A DNA stretch of 64,000 bases from a virus. Its lineage: Duplodnaviria > Caudoviricetes. The notes beneath the pieces were generated by a model, which saw only the letters and a program-made list of their open reading frames with translations, had not been told where the DNA came from and did not search any database. Below, one piece after another: positions 37,756 to 47,789 of the stretch (its first letter is position 1; the number at the start of each line of letters is the position of its first letter). The position numbers were made by a program, and so were the translations under genes. Location of the stretch: positions 1-64,000 of the IMG/VR virus record IMGVR_UViG_3300035208_002851; one strand, written 5' to 3'.

Positions 37756-38880
37756 ATGAGGATAGCATACGTAAGTACTTATAGATGTTCTTGTGGTGTA
37801 GGGATTTACCTAGAGGAATTGGCAAACTCAGAATCAAAACTTGCAGAAGTTAAAGTTTTTGCAGAAAAACTTATTCCTCCTCAGGTAGAGAATCCTCCGT
37901 TAGACCCAACAATAAATGTAGACTATGAACGTTGCTGGTTACGAGGAGAAGGTTATACTACTTTACAAGAAAAAATATTAGAATATAAACCAGATGTTTG
38001 CCACATACAATTTGTGGCTGGAATTTTTGGCAGCCTTGACTATGAATTAAATAGTCCTTTCCAAAAATTCTGTAAAGCTCTACGAGACGCAAATATACAA
38101 ATCGTTATGACTCTACATGATATTCCACAACATATGCCACAACAAACCAACCTTGGTAAATGGTATAAAAACCTTAATGCAAAATTCATCATTATGAATA
38201 TAGAAATGTCCGCAGGACTGCGAGAATGGGAACCAAGTTTAGATATCAATTTGATTCCTTTGGGAACCCCGATGTTTACTCCTATAGATAAACTGGAAGC
38301 GCGTAAAAAACTTGGGTTAAAAGAAGAAGATTTTATTATGACTCAAGTTGGTTTCTACGGAATAGACAAAGGAATGCTTGATATTGTCAAAGCTGTTCCA
38401 AATGTTAACATTCCCAACTTTAAGCTTGCTTTTGCTGGTGGTTTCCACCCATTAGCTTCACCTGTGCACAAACCCCATGTCTTAGAATGTATGAAGTTTG
38501 CTATACAAAATAAAATCACAAACAAAGTAATCTTTGTAAATAAAATTCTACCAGAAGATGAAATCAATCTATGGGCTTCCGCCTCAGATTTCTTAATTCT
38601 TAATCAACAAATGGTATTTGGAAGTTCTACCTCAGCATCTGCTCATAGAATTCTCTGCGCGGGTAAGCCGGTTATTATGAGTCAATCCCCAAAATTGTCA
38701 GAGTTTCTTAACGGTATACATTGCGTGAAAACTTCTACTGAACAAATCTCCGAAAATGTTAATAAGTTGTATTTGGATAAAGTTCTACAAGAAAAGATTT
38801 CAAAAAATGCGTTAGAATATGGCAAGAAAACATCTTTCGATGTTATTGCTTTAAAGCATATGGAGGTTTACAAAAAATGA
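37756..38880 (+). CDS. GT4 glycosyltransferase
   Basis: VSTY...CGVG.Y, HIQ, TLHD, KG, S.SAH. Confidence 0.85.
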   Translation: MRIAYVSTYRCSCGVGIYLEELANSESKLAEVKVFAEKLIPPQVENPPLDPTINVDYERCWLRGEGYTTLQEKILEYKPDVCHIQFVAGIFGSLDYELNSPFQKFCKALRDANIQIVMTLHDIPQHMPQQTNLGKWYKNLNAKFIIMNIEMSAGLREWEPSLDINLIPLGTPMFTPIDKLEARKKLGLKEEDFIMTQVGFYGIDKGMLDIVKAVPNVNIPNFKLAFAGGFHPLASPVHKPHVLECMKFAIQNKITNKVIFVNKILPEDEINLWASASDFLILNQQMVFGSSTSASAHRILCAGKPVIMSQSPKLSEFLNGIHCVKTSTEQISENVNKLYLDKVLQEKISKNALEYGKKTSFDVIALKHMEVYKK

Positions 38881-38993
38881 AACTATATCAAACATTAAAT
38901 ATGTTCAACGAAGAAGGAGTTATCATCTCCGAAACCATTTCAGACGATACCGAATACCACTTCTTTATTAACGGTAAGGAAATAAATCTATGA
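38877..38993 (+). CDS. Hypothetical small protein (38 aa)
   Basis: ATGA-coupled at both ends. Confidence 0.45.
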   Translation: MKLYQTLNMFNEEGVIISETISDDTEYHFFINGKEINL

Positions 38994-40039
38994 TCCGATT
39001 TGGCAGTTTAGACTTTCACGATGAGGAGAAGCAAGCTATAGAAGACGTTATCTCTCAAAAAGAACCCCAATTAACAATGGGTAAGAAAGTCTATGAGTTC
39101 GAGCAAAGTTTTGCTAAATGGCTCGGTGTAAAACATGCTGTAATGGTTAACAGCGGTACTTCAGCACTCATGGTAGCTTTACAAGCCGACAATGAAGTTG
39201 GTGGACATGATTTAATTACATCGGCCCTAACTTATCCAGCAGATTGGAATGCTCTACGAACCACAAGCACTCCCTTTAATGTTCAAGATGTAGGAAATGA
39301 TTTAGTAGTGCATGAAAATAAACATTCTGTAAAAGACCATCTTGCAGTACATTTACTGGGTAAACCTTGTAGAGTAAACGCAATTATAGAAGACTGTGCA
39401 GAAGCCTTAGGTTCTTCTATTAATGGTAAAAAATTAGGTTCCTTCGGACTTTTAAGTGTCTTTTCATTATATGTTGCGCATGCTATTAATACTATTGAAG
39501 GTGGAATGGTAGCTACAAACAACGATAAATTGTACGATATTTGTAGAAGTCTGCGAGATAATGGTAGAATCTGCACCTGCCCAGTTTGTACCTTAAAATC
39601 TACTGGTGTTTGTACAAAACGTTATTCTTCAGAATCTATAGAACGAAGATGGGAAGTCGGAACAAGCGTTGGATACAACTATAAACCTACAGAAATTCAA
39701 GGAGCACTAGGACTGGTAAAAATGAAGCACGTAGATGAAATTTGTAAAAGAAGAAATGAAATCTTCCTAAGATACAGTGATGCTTTCAAAAACTTTAAAC
39801 AGGAGTCTGACGAATATATAGTCTCTATAGCCTACCCAGTAGAAGTAAAAGACCCACAGAAAACTATAGCTAAACTCGAAAAAGATGGTATCGAATGTCG
39901 CGGCATGTTCCCAGCTTATAGTTCTTTCCAGAAAAATGCTTATAGAATCAACCAAACCCACATTTTGCTACCCCTCCAGCAAGAAATGACAGATAAAGAT
40001 GTCGATTACGTGATTGAGAGTGTGAAAAAATGTCAATAA
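38990..40039 (+). CDS. rfbH: CDP-4-keto-6-deoxyglucose 3-dehydrase (E1, DdhC/RfbH-like)
   Basis: DegT fold with His in place of the Schiff-base Lys (SLYVAHAINTIEGG) and Cys cluster GRICTC..C......C. Confidence 0.75.
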   Translation: MIRFGSLDFHDEEKQAIEDVISQKEPQLTMGKKVYEFEQSFAKWLGVKHAVMVNSGTSALMVALQADNEVGGHDLITSALTYPADWNALRTTSTPFNVQDVGNDLVVHENKHSVKDHLAVHLLGKPCRVNAIIEDCAEALGSSINGKKLGSFGLLSVFSLYVAHAINTIEGGMVATNNDKLYDICRSLRDNGRICTCPVCTLKSTGVCTKRYSSESIERRWEVGTSVGYNYKPTEIQGALGLVKMKHVDEICKRRNEIFLRYSDAFKNFKQESDEYIVSIAYPVEVKDPQKTIAKLEKDGIECRGMFPAYSSFQKNAYRINQTHILLPLQQEMTDKDVDYVIESVKKCQ

Positions 40040-40281
40040 CTGATGGAATTATTATATGCACATTTAAAGCATTTGAACCTTTAGAGCCAGGAGATATGGT
40101 TAAATCTCATTATAAACAAGTAAAAAAAATAACAAAAAAAGATAAACTGAGTGAAATTATTGGTATCGTTGATTCATTCCTTAATATATTTCCTATAGAA
40201 AAAGGAAATGATGTTCATATACAAGTTTTTGGTCGCTGTAAAGTTAACAAAGATATGGAAGATATAATATTATGTCATTAA
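40030..40281 (+). CDS. Hypothetical protein, weak resemblance to beta-tulip decoration proteins
   Basis: PGD.V....IIGIV......G..V.IQ.FG. Confidence 0.4.
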   Translation: MSITDGIIICTFKAFEPLEPGDMVKSHYKQVKKITKKDKLSEIIGIVDSFLNIFPIEKGNDVHIQVFGRCKVNKDMEDIILCH

Positions 40282-41045
40282 GTATTATAGTTCCCGCGTG
40301 GAATCATTGGCAAACAACAGCAAATTGCTTAGCCTCAATTTTTAAAAGTAAAATACTCATACCCTATAAAGTTATCGTAATCAATGACAATTCTACAGAC
40401 TATACGGCAAAGCTTCTACAAACTATAGGTCAAGAAGGCTATCCAATAACTTTACTAACAAATGACGAAAATAAAGGTTATCTTGGTTCTACAAACATGG
40501 CTCTAAAAATTGTAAACTCTACCTATATTTTATTTTTGAATAACGATGTTATATTAGACAAAAATTGCATAAAAGAGCTTATAGAGGTCTATAGACAGCA
40601 CCCAGATATCGGTATTCTTGGTGCCACCCAACTTGATGTTAACAGAAATGAATTGTATCCATTAAAGTTTTTCTTAAGAGGAGAAAAAGCAACCATTCGA
40701 GATCATATCATAGCAACCAATATTCCAGAAAATCTAAGAGAAGCGGATGTAGCTTATTGTGATGATGTACACTTCGCGTGTTCGTTAACAACTAAAGAAG
40801 TTATAGATAAGATAGGCGGTCAACTTGACCCAGATTTCGGACTTGGTAATTACGACCAGGAAAGTGCCTGTTGTGCTGTTAAAGAACAAGGCTACCAAAT
40901 TGCAGTTGCTCCACGGGCAAAATTTGTTCATCTCTGTTCAGTCTCTGTTCGAGATAAAATCTCAGAATATTCCTTATTGCTTGATAAAAACCGTGAACTC
41001 TTCTTTAAAAAATGGGGTCAGAAACTTAAGGAGAATAAAATCTAA
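40272..41045 (+). CDS. GT2 glycosyltransferase
   Basis: SIIVPAWN, INDNSTD, N.GY, FLNND. Confidence 0.9.
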   Translation: MSLSIIVPAWNHWQTTANCLASIFKSKILIPYKVIVINDNSTDYTAKLLQTIGQEGYPITLLTNDENKGYLGSTNMALKIVNSTYILFLNNDVILDKNCIKELIEVYRQHPDIGILGATQLDVNRNELYPLKFFLRGEKATIRDHIIATNIPENLREADVAYCDDVHFACSLTTKEVIDKIGGQLDPDFGLGNYDQESACCAVKEQGYQIAVAPRAKFVHLCSVSVRDKISEYSLLLDKNRELFFKKWGQKLKENKI

Positions 41046-41821
41046 TGAAGAAACTTAGTATAATTATCTGTGGTTGGAACAACTGGAAGTACACAGCAAA
41101 ATGTCTATCTCATATTTTCAAGTCTACATATAGTAAAGAAAACTATGATATTATCTTTATAGACAACGCTTCATCCGACAAGACAGAAATTCTCCTTACT
41201 TATTTAGTCGAACAAGGAGAACCCATAGTCTACCTAAAACAAAAAGAAAACATGGGATTTGTTAAAGGTAATAACATAGGTTGGAAAGTTGCACAAACAC
41301 CCTATGTGTTACTACTAAACAATGATGCCTTCGTACAAGAAAAATGCATAGAATCTATGATGGAAATTATAGAATCTGACCAAAAAATTGGTGCTGTCGG
41401 AGCTATAGAATACACTTTAGATGGAATTCCTACTAAAGGAGATAAACCCTTCATCTTTTTTAAACCAAAAGTCTTATTAGACCCAGAACTTAAATCTTTA
41501 GAAGAACTTGGTTATAAAGATATGCCAAAATTTGTAGATGTAGACATCGTTGGTAGCGCCTGCTCAATAGTTCGTAAGGACGCCTTAAAAGGTAAAGATA
41601 TTTTTGATGAAAGATATCATCCCGCACACTATGACCAAGAAGATGCTTGGATGCAAATAAAACATGTTAACGGATATAGAATTGTCATGCCAGTATATGG
41701 TGTAGTTTTCAAGCATAAAATCGCCGCAACTACAAGTCAGAACTTGAAACTCTATGAAGAAGTTTTAAAAGTAAATAAACAAAAATTCTTAGATAAATGG
41801 TTAACTGAGGTTAAACAATGA
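41045..41821 (+). CDS. GT2 glycosyltransferase
   Basis: IDNASSD, NMGF..GNN, LLNND. Confidence 0.9.
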   Translation: MKKLSIIICGWNNWKYTAKCLSHIFKSTYSKENYDIIFIDNASSDKTEILLTYLVEQGEPIVYLKQKENMGFVKGNNIGWKVAQTPYVLLLNNDAFVQEKCIESMMEIIESDQKIGAVGAIEYTLDGIPTKGDKPFIFFKPKVLLDPELKSLEELGYKDMPKFVDVDIVGSACSIVRKDALKGKDIFDERYHPAHYDQEDAWMQIKHVNGYRIVMPVYGVVFKHKIAATTSQNLKLYEEVLKVNKQKFLDKWLTEVKQ

Positions 41822-42207
41822 GTGGTAATAACGCAGAATGGATTAAACGCAGAAAAGAACTTTTAAGTAACATAAAGAAATTTAAGTCAGAAGGAGATAG
41901 ATTAAGTAAAACTACCCAAATTAACTATATGCATAATGCTATGCATGAATCCGTAGTAGGTTTCTCTGGATGGTTAAATGGTTGGATTTCTACAGAATTA
42001 ACAAAGAAAATCAAGGTTGATGAACAATCAATTCCAATTTTGACAGATAAAGAATTAGATGATTTCTTCATGAGATATCAAGACATCGCCACCAAATTCA
42101 TAGAGTTAGACATTGAAATCACAGATAGTATCACTAAGAAAGCAAAAAAGAAAACCATCTTCAACAAATTCGAAATTAAAGATACTTCTTCACGGATGGT
42201 TGTTTAA
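41818..42207 (+). CDS. DUF2153-like archaeal protein
   Basis: W....LL..I......DRL......M...F..WL...FIELDI..T pattern. Confidence 0.55.
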   Translation: MSGNNAEWIKRRKELLSNIKKFKSEGDRLSKTTQINYMHNAMHESVVGFSGWLNGWISTELTKKIKVDEQSIPILTDKELDDFFMRYQDIATKFIELDIEITDSITKKAKKKTIFNKFEIKDTSSRMVV

Positions 42208-43314
42208 TTGAAGGTTGCACTTGTAAGTACACTTGGAGTTAAATGTGGGATTTCAACCTATAGTACATACCTTGGAGATGAACTTAATAAACTTACAAAT
42301 GTTTTTGTAACTGGGTTAGCTGAATTTCCATTTCCAGATGATAGAGCTATAGATACTTTTAAACCCTCCTTTCCTTATTATAATTGCTGGCAACGTTCAG
42401 AACCATATAAAAATTTAATAGAAGAATCTAAGAAGTTTGATTATGACATCTATCATATACAACATCAATTTGGATTGTTTTCAAATGAGCAAGATACAAT
42501 AGAACTTTATGAAAAATGTAAGAAGCCTATTATCACAACTTTACATGATGTAGTACAACCAGATCCTAGAATGAGTAGATATTTTTCCTCGATTATAGAA
42601 AACTCTTCTAAACTTATAGTTCATACAAAAACTTGCTATGATTTACTACAGCAATGGAATTGTCCAACTTCTAAAATAGAATTAATACCACATGGCACAA
42701 AACTTATAGATGTTCCAGACAAATTAGAAGCCCGAAGAGTTCTACAGATTCCAGAAAAAGCCAAAGTTATACTTTCGTGGGGATTTATTTGGGAATCCAA
42801 AGGTATCCTAGATTTAGTTAAAATTTTAACTGAAGTTAAAAAAGTATACCCAGAAACAATCTTAGTACACGCAGGTGGCGTTCACCCAATAATTCAAGGT
42901 TCATCATATCTACAAAATATCTTTAAAACAGCTCTTAAAGATGGGTTAACACCTAAAGATTTAATTGTTACAGGTTGGCTTGCCGAAGATAAAGTTCCTC
43001 TCTATTTCAGTGCTTCAGATTTAATAGTTTTAAACTATATGCGTGGTTCTGCAAGTGCAAGCGGTGCAGCCCACAGAGCAATGGCAGCTCATAGACCTTT
43101 GGTTGGAACTGATGATCCATGCCTAAATGGGGATATACCAAGATATATTGTTCCTCGTTTTGATATAAATGCCCTGAAAGATGGGATAGTCAAAGTTCTA
43201 TCTGATGAAGTTCTACAGAAATCTTTAGTTGAGCAAGCTGATAAAGTTGCACAAGAAACCTCTTGGAGTAATACTGCTAAAAAACATTTAGCAGTTTACT
43301 CATCTAGTTATTAA
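42208..43314 (+). CDS. GT4 glycosyltransferase (paralog of 37756)
   Basis: CGISTY, HIQH, TTLHD, IPHG, KG, SASGAAH. Confidence 0.88.
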   Translation: MKVALVSTLGVKCGISTYSTYLGDELNKLTNVFVTGLAEFPFPDDRAIDTFKPSFPYYNCWQRSEPYKNLIEESKKFDYDIYHIQHQFGLFSNEQDTIELYEKCKKPIITTLHDVVQPDPRMSRYFSSIIENSSKLIVHTKTCYDLLQQWNCPTSKIELIPHGTKLIDVPDKLEARRVLQIPEKAKVILSWGFIWESKGILDLVKILTEVKKVYPETILVHAGGVHPIIQGSSYLQNIFKTALKDGLTPKDLIVTGWLAEDKVPLYFSASDLIVLNYMRGSASASGAAHRAMAAHRPLVGTDDPCLNGDIPRYIVPRFDINALKDGIVKVLSDEVLQKSLVEQADKVAQETSWSNTAKKHLAVYSSSY

Positions 43315-45033
43315 TAATGGCAAACCACCAGATATAGCAGCCATTTTTTGTAAAATATTCCTCTTATCTTCAGCAGCTTGAACAGGATAATTCATTATAG
43401 GTACAGGAATTCTTTTTTGAGCTTGGTCTGTAAATAAACATTTACTTGTTAATGTATTACCAGACCAATTATGTTCTAAATCTATTAATTCAAAATTAGA
43501 ATTGATATCCTCAGAATTTATAATTACTGGATATCTTGTTCCTATAACATAAGGTCTCGTAATTGCAGTTATATCTATTTGAGTTGTAGGACTTTGATTT
43601 ATACTTAATTTTGTATCTCCAGTATTTTTAGCATATAAAGAATTATTAATATTATCATCATTAATAATTTCAGTTCTTAAACCATAGGCATTTATAGAAT
43701 TACTACCACTGGTATGATATTGAAATTTTGTTCCAAAATAAAGTCCATCAACATCAATTTCTTTAGTACTTGAACTATTTGCATATGCAAAAGAAACGGA
43801 TGTTATATTATACCAATCTGGATTACCTATTCTTTCCCATTTATAAGAACCAGTTGTCGTATTATAACTACCAGTTATACTTATTCCTTCATAAGCTGCA
43901 CCCAAATTAATGGTATACTCATACCATGTTAATACACCACTATTATTTTGGGATTCTAAAACACATGCAAAATAATCATTCCATCCATTTGTATGTAAAT
44001 TTACAAATAACGGAGTACTCAATCCAGTGGTAGGCATACAAAGATAAAAATGCAATATATCTCCGCTGTTTAATGATAACGTATTTGGAAGCGTTTTTAT
44101 AAACCTTAATGCACTATATGTAACAGGAGCAGATCCTGTTTGAGTATAAATAAAGGAACTTCCAGTAGCACTACCTATAGAATAAGAAACTACATGGACT
44201 GATTTATTTATACCAGAACCAGTTAATCTCCCTTCCCATCCAGTAAGGTTTGTCTCAGTCCAACTATCGTGACTCATTGGTATGTCTGAACCCGATATTG
44301 AAGATGAATCTCTAACACCAAAAACATAATAATCATTTTTTATATCGGCTAAATCTTTGACATATTTATAACTTAGTATATCTACTCCTTCCTCAAATGT
44401 TGTAGTAGAATCCAAATAAGACTGCCTTGGAAACCAATGTAAATTACTTCCAGTATCAGTATAGTAATCTTTATTATCAAAATCTGAAATTTCTGTTAAA
44501 CCATCAAAACACGATGTGTTATCTTGTACAAATTCATATATGTCGGATGAACCACTAATAAAAGTATTTGTAGATGCTAACCCAGCAGCATTTTTCAAGG
44601 AAACTGCACTTTCATACAAAGAACCTGTATACATTCTACGTTGTAATATTCTTTCTAAAGGCTCTCCCAAATCTCTACCAGTAAAAGTTCTATAACAGCC
44701 AGATTCAGAATAAGAAACTTCTTTTGTATCAATTCTACCAGTAAACATTTCCGAGGTTTGTGGTGTTAATCCAGAACCAGTATATCCAAACCACATTTTA
44801 ACAGTATCGAAAACTTCTATATCTTTAAAGGCATTGCCTGTAATAAATCCACTCGCATTGCTACCAGTATCAACAATTGTAATTTCAAAACTTCCCAGTG
44901 CCGTAGTTAATCCTGGTTTTACCCTAAAAGATATAAGTTCATTATTAATATAGCCATATCCAAATCCACGACGTTTGGTAGAACCACTCCAAAATTCGAT
45001 TTTATAAACTGGAGTATACATCATTAAACTCAA
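43300..45033 (-). CDS. Tail tip/baseplate hub protein
   Basis: Position after Dit-like and TMP genes, F.G.ID....GRD hub-like motif, 13 [ST]GS. Confidence 0.6.
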   Translation of the reverse strand: MSLMMYTPVYKIEFWSGSTKRRGFGYGYINNELISFRVKPGLTTALGSFEITIVDTGSNASGFITGNAFKDIEVFDTVKMWFGYTGSGLTPQTSEMFTGRIDTKEVSYSESGCYRTFTGRDLGEPLERILQRRMYTGSLYESAVSLKNAAGLASTNTFISGSSDIYEFVQDNTSCFDGLTEISDFDNKDYYTDTGSNLHWFPRQSYLDSTTTFEEGVDILSYKYVKDLADIKNDYYVFGVRDSSSISGSDIPMSHDSWTETNLTGWEGRLTGSGINKSVHVVSYSIGSATGSSFIYTQTGSAPVTYSALRFIKTLPNTLSLNSGDILHFYLCMPTTGLSTPLFVNLHTNGWNDYFACVLESQNNSGVLTWYEYTINLGAAYEGISITGSYNTTTGSYKWERIGNPDWYNITSVSFAYANSSSTKEIDVDGLYFGTKFQYHTSGSNSINAYGLRTEIINDDNINNSLYAKNTGDTKLSINQSPTTQIDITAITRPYVIGTRYPVIINSEDINSNFELIDLEHNWSGNTLTSKCLFTDQAQKRIPVPIMNYPVQAAEDKRNILQKMAAISGGLPLLITR

Positions 45034-45389
45034 AGTATTTCCACAGCCTCTAAACTAAACTTTCTTTCCATTGGATTTGTACCGGAATCTTTAAAATTTA
45101 TATTATAAAATAATATTGTAACTTTAGAAATTCCAGTCTCCAATGGATAAGTATATGTTAAAGAACCCGTAGTATTTTCTAATGCACTTATATAAGATGT
45201 TCCACCACCAACAGTAATTGTACCATCCAAAGTAAATTCTCTATTAGAAGTTCCAAACCTTTGAATAATATCCTTGTTAGCTCCAGGAAGTTTAATTATA
45301 GACATTTTTGTAGACTGTTTAACAGTTATAGTTTGAATACATCCATAAGAAAACTCTGTTCCTGAAGAATTTTTTATTATTGTTACCAT
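45030..45389 (-). CDS. Distal tail (Dit-like) protein
   Basis: LPG....IQ.FG...REFTL.G, follows TMP. Confidence 0.5.
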   Translation of the reverse strand: MVTIIKNSSGTEFSYGCIQTITVKQSTKMSIIKLPGANKDIIQRFGTSNREFTLDGTITVGGGTSYISALENTTGSLTYTYPLETGISKVTILFYNINFKDSGTNPMERKFSLEAVEIL

Positions 45390-45391
45390 TA

Positions 45392-46195
45392 TTATGAAAC
45401 TCCTCTTCTTCTTTTTTCAACAAGCATTCTTTTAGCCATTGCATCTAACATGTTATCAACACCTATGTTTGATGATATAGCACCTGTAGTCATATTAATG
45501 TTAACTACATTAAAATTTGATCCTCCGGCTGGAACAACAGTTTCATTTTTATGTAATAAATATGCACCAGTTGCTGGTATTGTACCACCTTTTTGATATG
45601 AAGGTAAAGACATGTATGATGCCGAAACAGCAGATGCTCCTGCTGCACCCGCAGCTAATAATCCCATTGCTGCTGGGTTACCTGCAACTGTTTGTAAAGT
45701 AGCATATGCACCGGCTACCTTCATTGTTGATGCCGCTTCCGCCAAATTCACTGTAGTTTTCGCAGCAGAAACCATAGAAGATATTACAATAGCGGTTCTA
45801 TACATATCCACGGCGGTTGTTGCAATTCTCATAGCTGCACTAATAGCATAAACATATCCTAAAAATTCTTTTACTTGTTGATTATTTCCCAAAAGATTCG
45901 TGTTTAAAATGGATATGCTTCTACCCATCAACATTAAATCCCAAGAAACACTGCGAATCGGGGAAATTTGGTTTCTTAGTTCATTAGAATACTCTTCAGC
46001 ATCTTCTTTAGATTGCCCCCATACACTTTTGGTAGTTCTACCTAATGTTAAAGTTTCTTTTTTAGCTTCTTCGGTACCAGTATTATCAAAGGAGGAAGTA
46101 ATATCAATATTTATAGTAAGACTTTCTCCTAATCCTCCAACACCACTGGTACCTTTACTTATTGATTGTCCTTCGGATGACGTACCCATTGCCAT
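45392..46195 (-). CDS. Short tape measure protein
   Basis: Follows the frameshifted chaperone. Ala-rich helices and C-terminal YQKGG....G..LLH.NE.VVP. Confidence 0.65.
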   Translation of the reverse strand: MAMGTSSEGQSISKGTSGVGGLGESLTINIDITSSFDNTGTEEAKKETLTLGRTTKSVWGQSKEDAEEYSNELRNQISPIRSVSWDLMLMGRSISILNTNLLGNNQQVKEFLGYVYAISAAMRIATTAVDMYRTAIVISSMVSAAKTTVNLAEAASTMKVAGAYATLQTVAGNPAAMGLLAAGAAGASAVSASYMSLPSYQKGGTIPATGAYLLHKNETVVPAGGSNFNVVNINMTTGAISSNIGVDNMLDAMAKRMLVEKRRRGVS

Positions 46196-46202
46196 TTAAT
46201 TT

Positions 46203-46747
46203 TTACCCCCGAAACTTTGATTCAGCAATTAATCTTCTATTTTCCTCATCTTGCTGCTGTTTTAATTCATTATCTATAATAATGAATTTCTGGATCTTTT
46301 TAGATTCCTCTTTTTCAAGCTGGCTCGGCAAGCAATGGAAAGTTTTACAGAGCTGGTAAGAAATAACATCAAAATCTGCTGTTTCTCCACCGGCCAGCGA
46401 ATTTATAAATTTTGTGTATCTACGTTTGAAACAAGATTAATATTCTGTGTAATCTGGAAGAGTCTTTCTCCAAGTTGACCATCAATGCTGCGCACCTCTT
46501 CAATCTTGAAAGACGCGGCTGTTTCATTTTCATACTTGAAAACAGTCTTTAAAAAGAATTGCTCATTAAAATGGACATTATTAAATGTTATAACGGAATT
46601 CATTGGGTTCACCACAGAACACTCACTTGTCAAAGTGTTCTTTTCACCCCAAGTCCACTTTCTAAAAGCAAATTTAGTTCCACTACCAGATGGAATTTCT
46701 GTAATATAATATTCTCCTTGTTTACTTAAATTGTATGTTTCTTTCAT
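46203..46747 (-). CDS. Tail assembly chaperone G/GT pair with programmed -1 frameshift
   Basis: ORF 46403..46747 ends A AAT TTA TAA. The -1 frame continues 67 codons (LCKTFHCLPSQL) to TAA at 46203, just before TMP. Confidence 0.8.
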
Positions 46748-46817
46748 TTTTTATCCTCCACGGATTTATATTTTTATCTTTTCTCAAGATTTTTTAAAAA
46801 ATTAAAAAAGATGGAAG

Positions 46818-47243
46818 TTAGTTTGTTCCTATTGTTAAACTGCCAGTTCCTGTGAAACTCCAAGATTCACTCATAAGGTTAGAACCTGGTCTGTGACTAA
46901 CTGAATTTTTATCCAGTTTCACTCCACCTAATCGAATATAAGGTTGTCCACTTGCTGTACCATTTGGATTAATCTGTATATCAATTATAGGCAAAGCCGC
47001 GTTTCCTCCTCCTGCTCCTTGGAATTCTGCCCAGACACCCGAACCTGTGTAGAATCTTTCAAGAGTACCCGTAGTACCATAAATTCCTTCAACAAGGTAT
47101 GTTGGATATCTAGAACCGCATTCTTCTTTTGCTTCAACATTATTTACGAAATCATATGATATTCTTTGTATACCATCTAATGTTTTGTAGGAACTTCCAG
47201 TTTTCCATTGAACAACCAACTGCCAGCCGGCGAAAGTCGTCAT
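46818..47243 (-). CDS. Tail tube protein
   Basis: Size, beta pattern (G...TGTLERF), upstream of the chaperone. Confidence 0.7.
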   Translation of the reverse strand: MTTFAGWQLVVQWKTGSSYKTLDGIQRISYDFVNNVEAKEECGSRYPTYLVEGIYGTTGTLERFYTGSGVWAEFQGAGGGNAALPIIDIQINPNGTASGQPYIRLGGVKLDKNSVSHRPGSNLMSESWSFTGTGSLTIGTN

Positions 47244-47244
47244 A

Positions 47245-47775
47245 CTAAGCACCTCCCTTTTCGTACTTTGTAACTAAAGTATCTCCATAAGCCATAAATA
47301 ATGGCGGTCTTGTAGTTAAATCATCTGTTCTTCTCCATTGAATATTATACATAAATGTTGACTCTCCAGTCGTTGAACTTGTATCAAAATCTGTAGAATT
47401 GAAATCTACAGGGTTAAAATTTTCTGTTGGAAAATTAATGTAACTTCCACTCCGAAGGATCCTCTCAACTTCTTTCCTCATTTTATATATTGCATTTTTT
47501 GCCCAACCTATACTTGAATTGGAATCTTGATTTGGTCTAACTATGATTTGTAGACCTAAAGTTTGTGTATCCTCATAAGTTGCTATACCAGCACCGAAGT
47601 CTATTGGAGGTGATGCATTTCCAGATTTAGGTATAACTATGATTTGCGGAAACGCAATACTTGAGTCATAAAATCTTGAACCCAATTTAACATTTCCATT
47701 ATTTATAGATAAATCTCCTGTTAAATTCCAGTTATTTTTTATAAGTTGCATCACAGTTATAACTAAATCTACCAT
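47245..47775 (-). CDS. Tail terminator-like protein, copy 2
   Basis: Paralog of 50426..50905, upstream of the tube. Confidence 0.5.
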   Translation of the reverse strand: MVDLVITVMQLIKNNWNLTGDLSINNGNVKLGSRFYDSSIAFPQIIVIPKSGNASPPIDFGAGIATYEDTQTLGLQIIVRPNQDSNSSIGWAKNAIYKMRKEVERILRSGSYINFPTENFNPVDFNSTDFDTSSTTGESTFMYNIQWRRTDDLTTRPPLFMAYGDTLVTKYEKGGA

Positions 47776-47789
47776 TATTAAATTTCCCC

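Noticed and set aside
5420-43210. Other CTGATGA occurrences as further hammerheads
   Set aside because: Those I noticed (about 5423, 19448, 43109, 43202) are inside coding regions without the required stems. The scan was by eye and not exhaustive.
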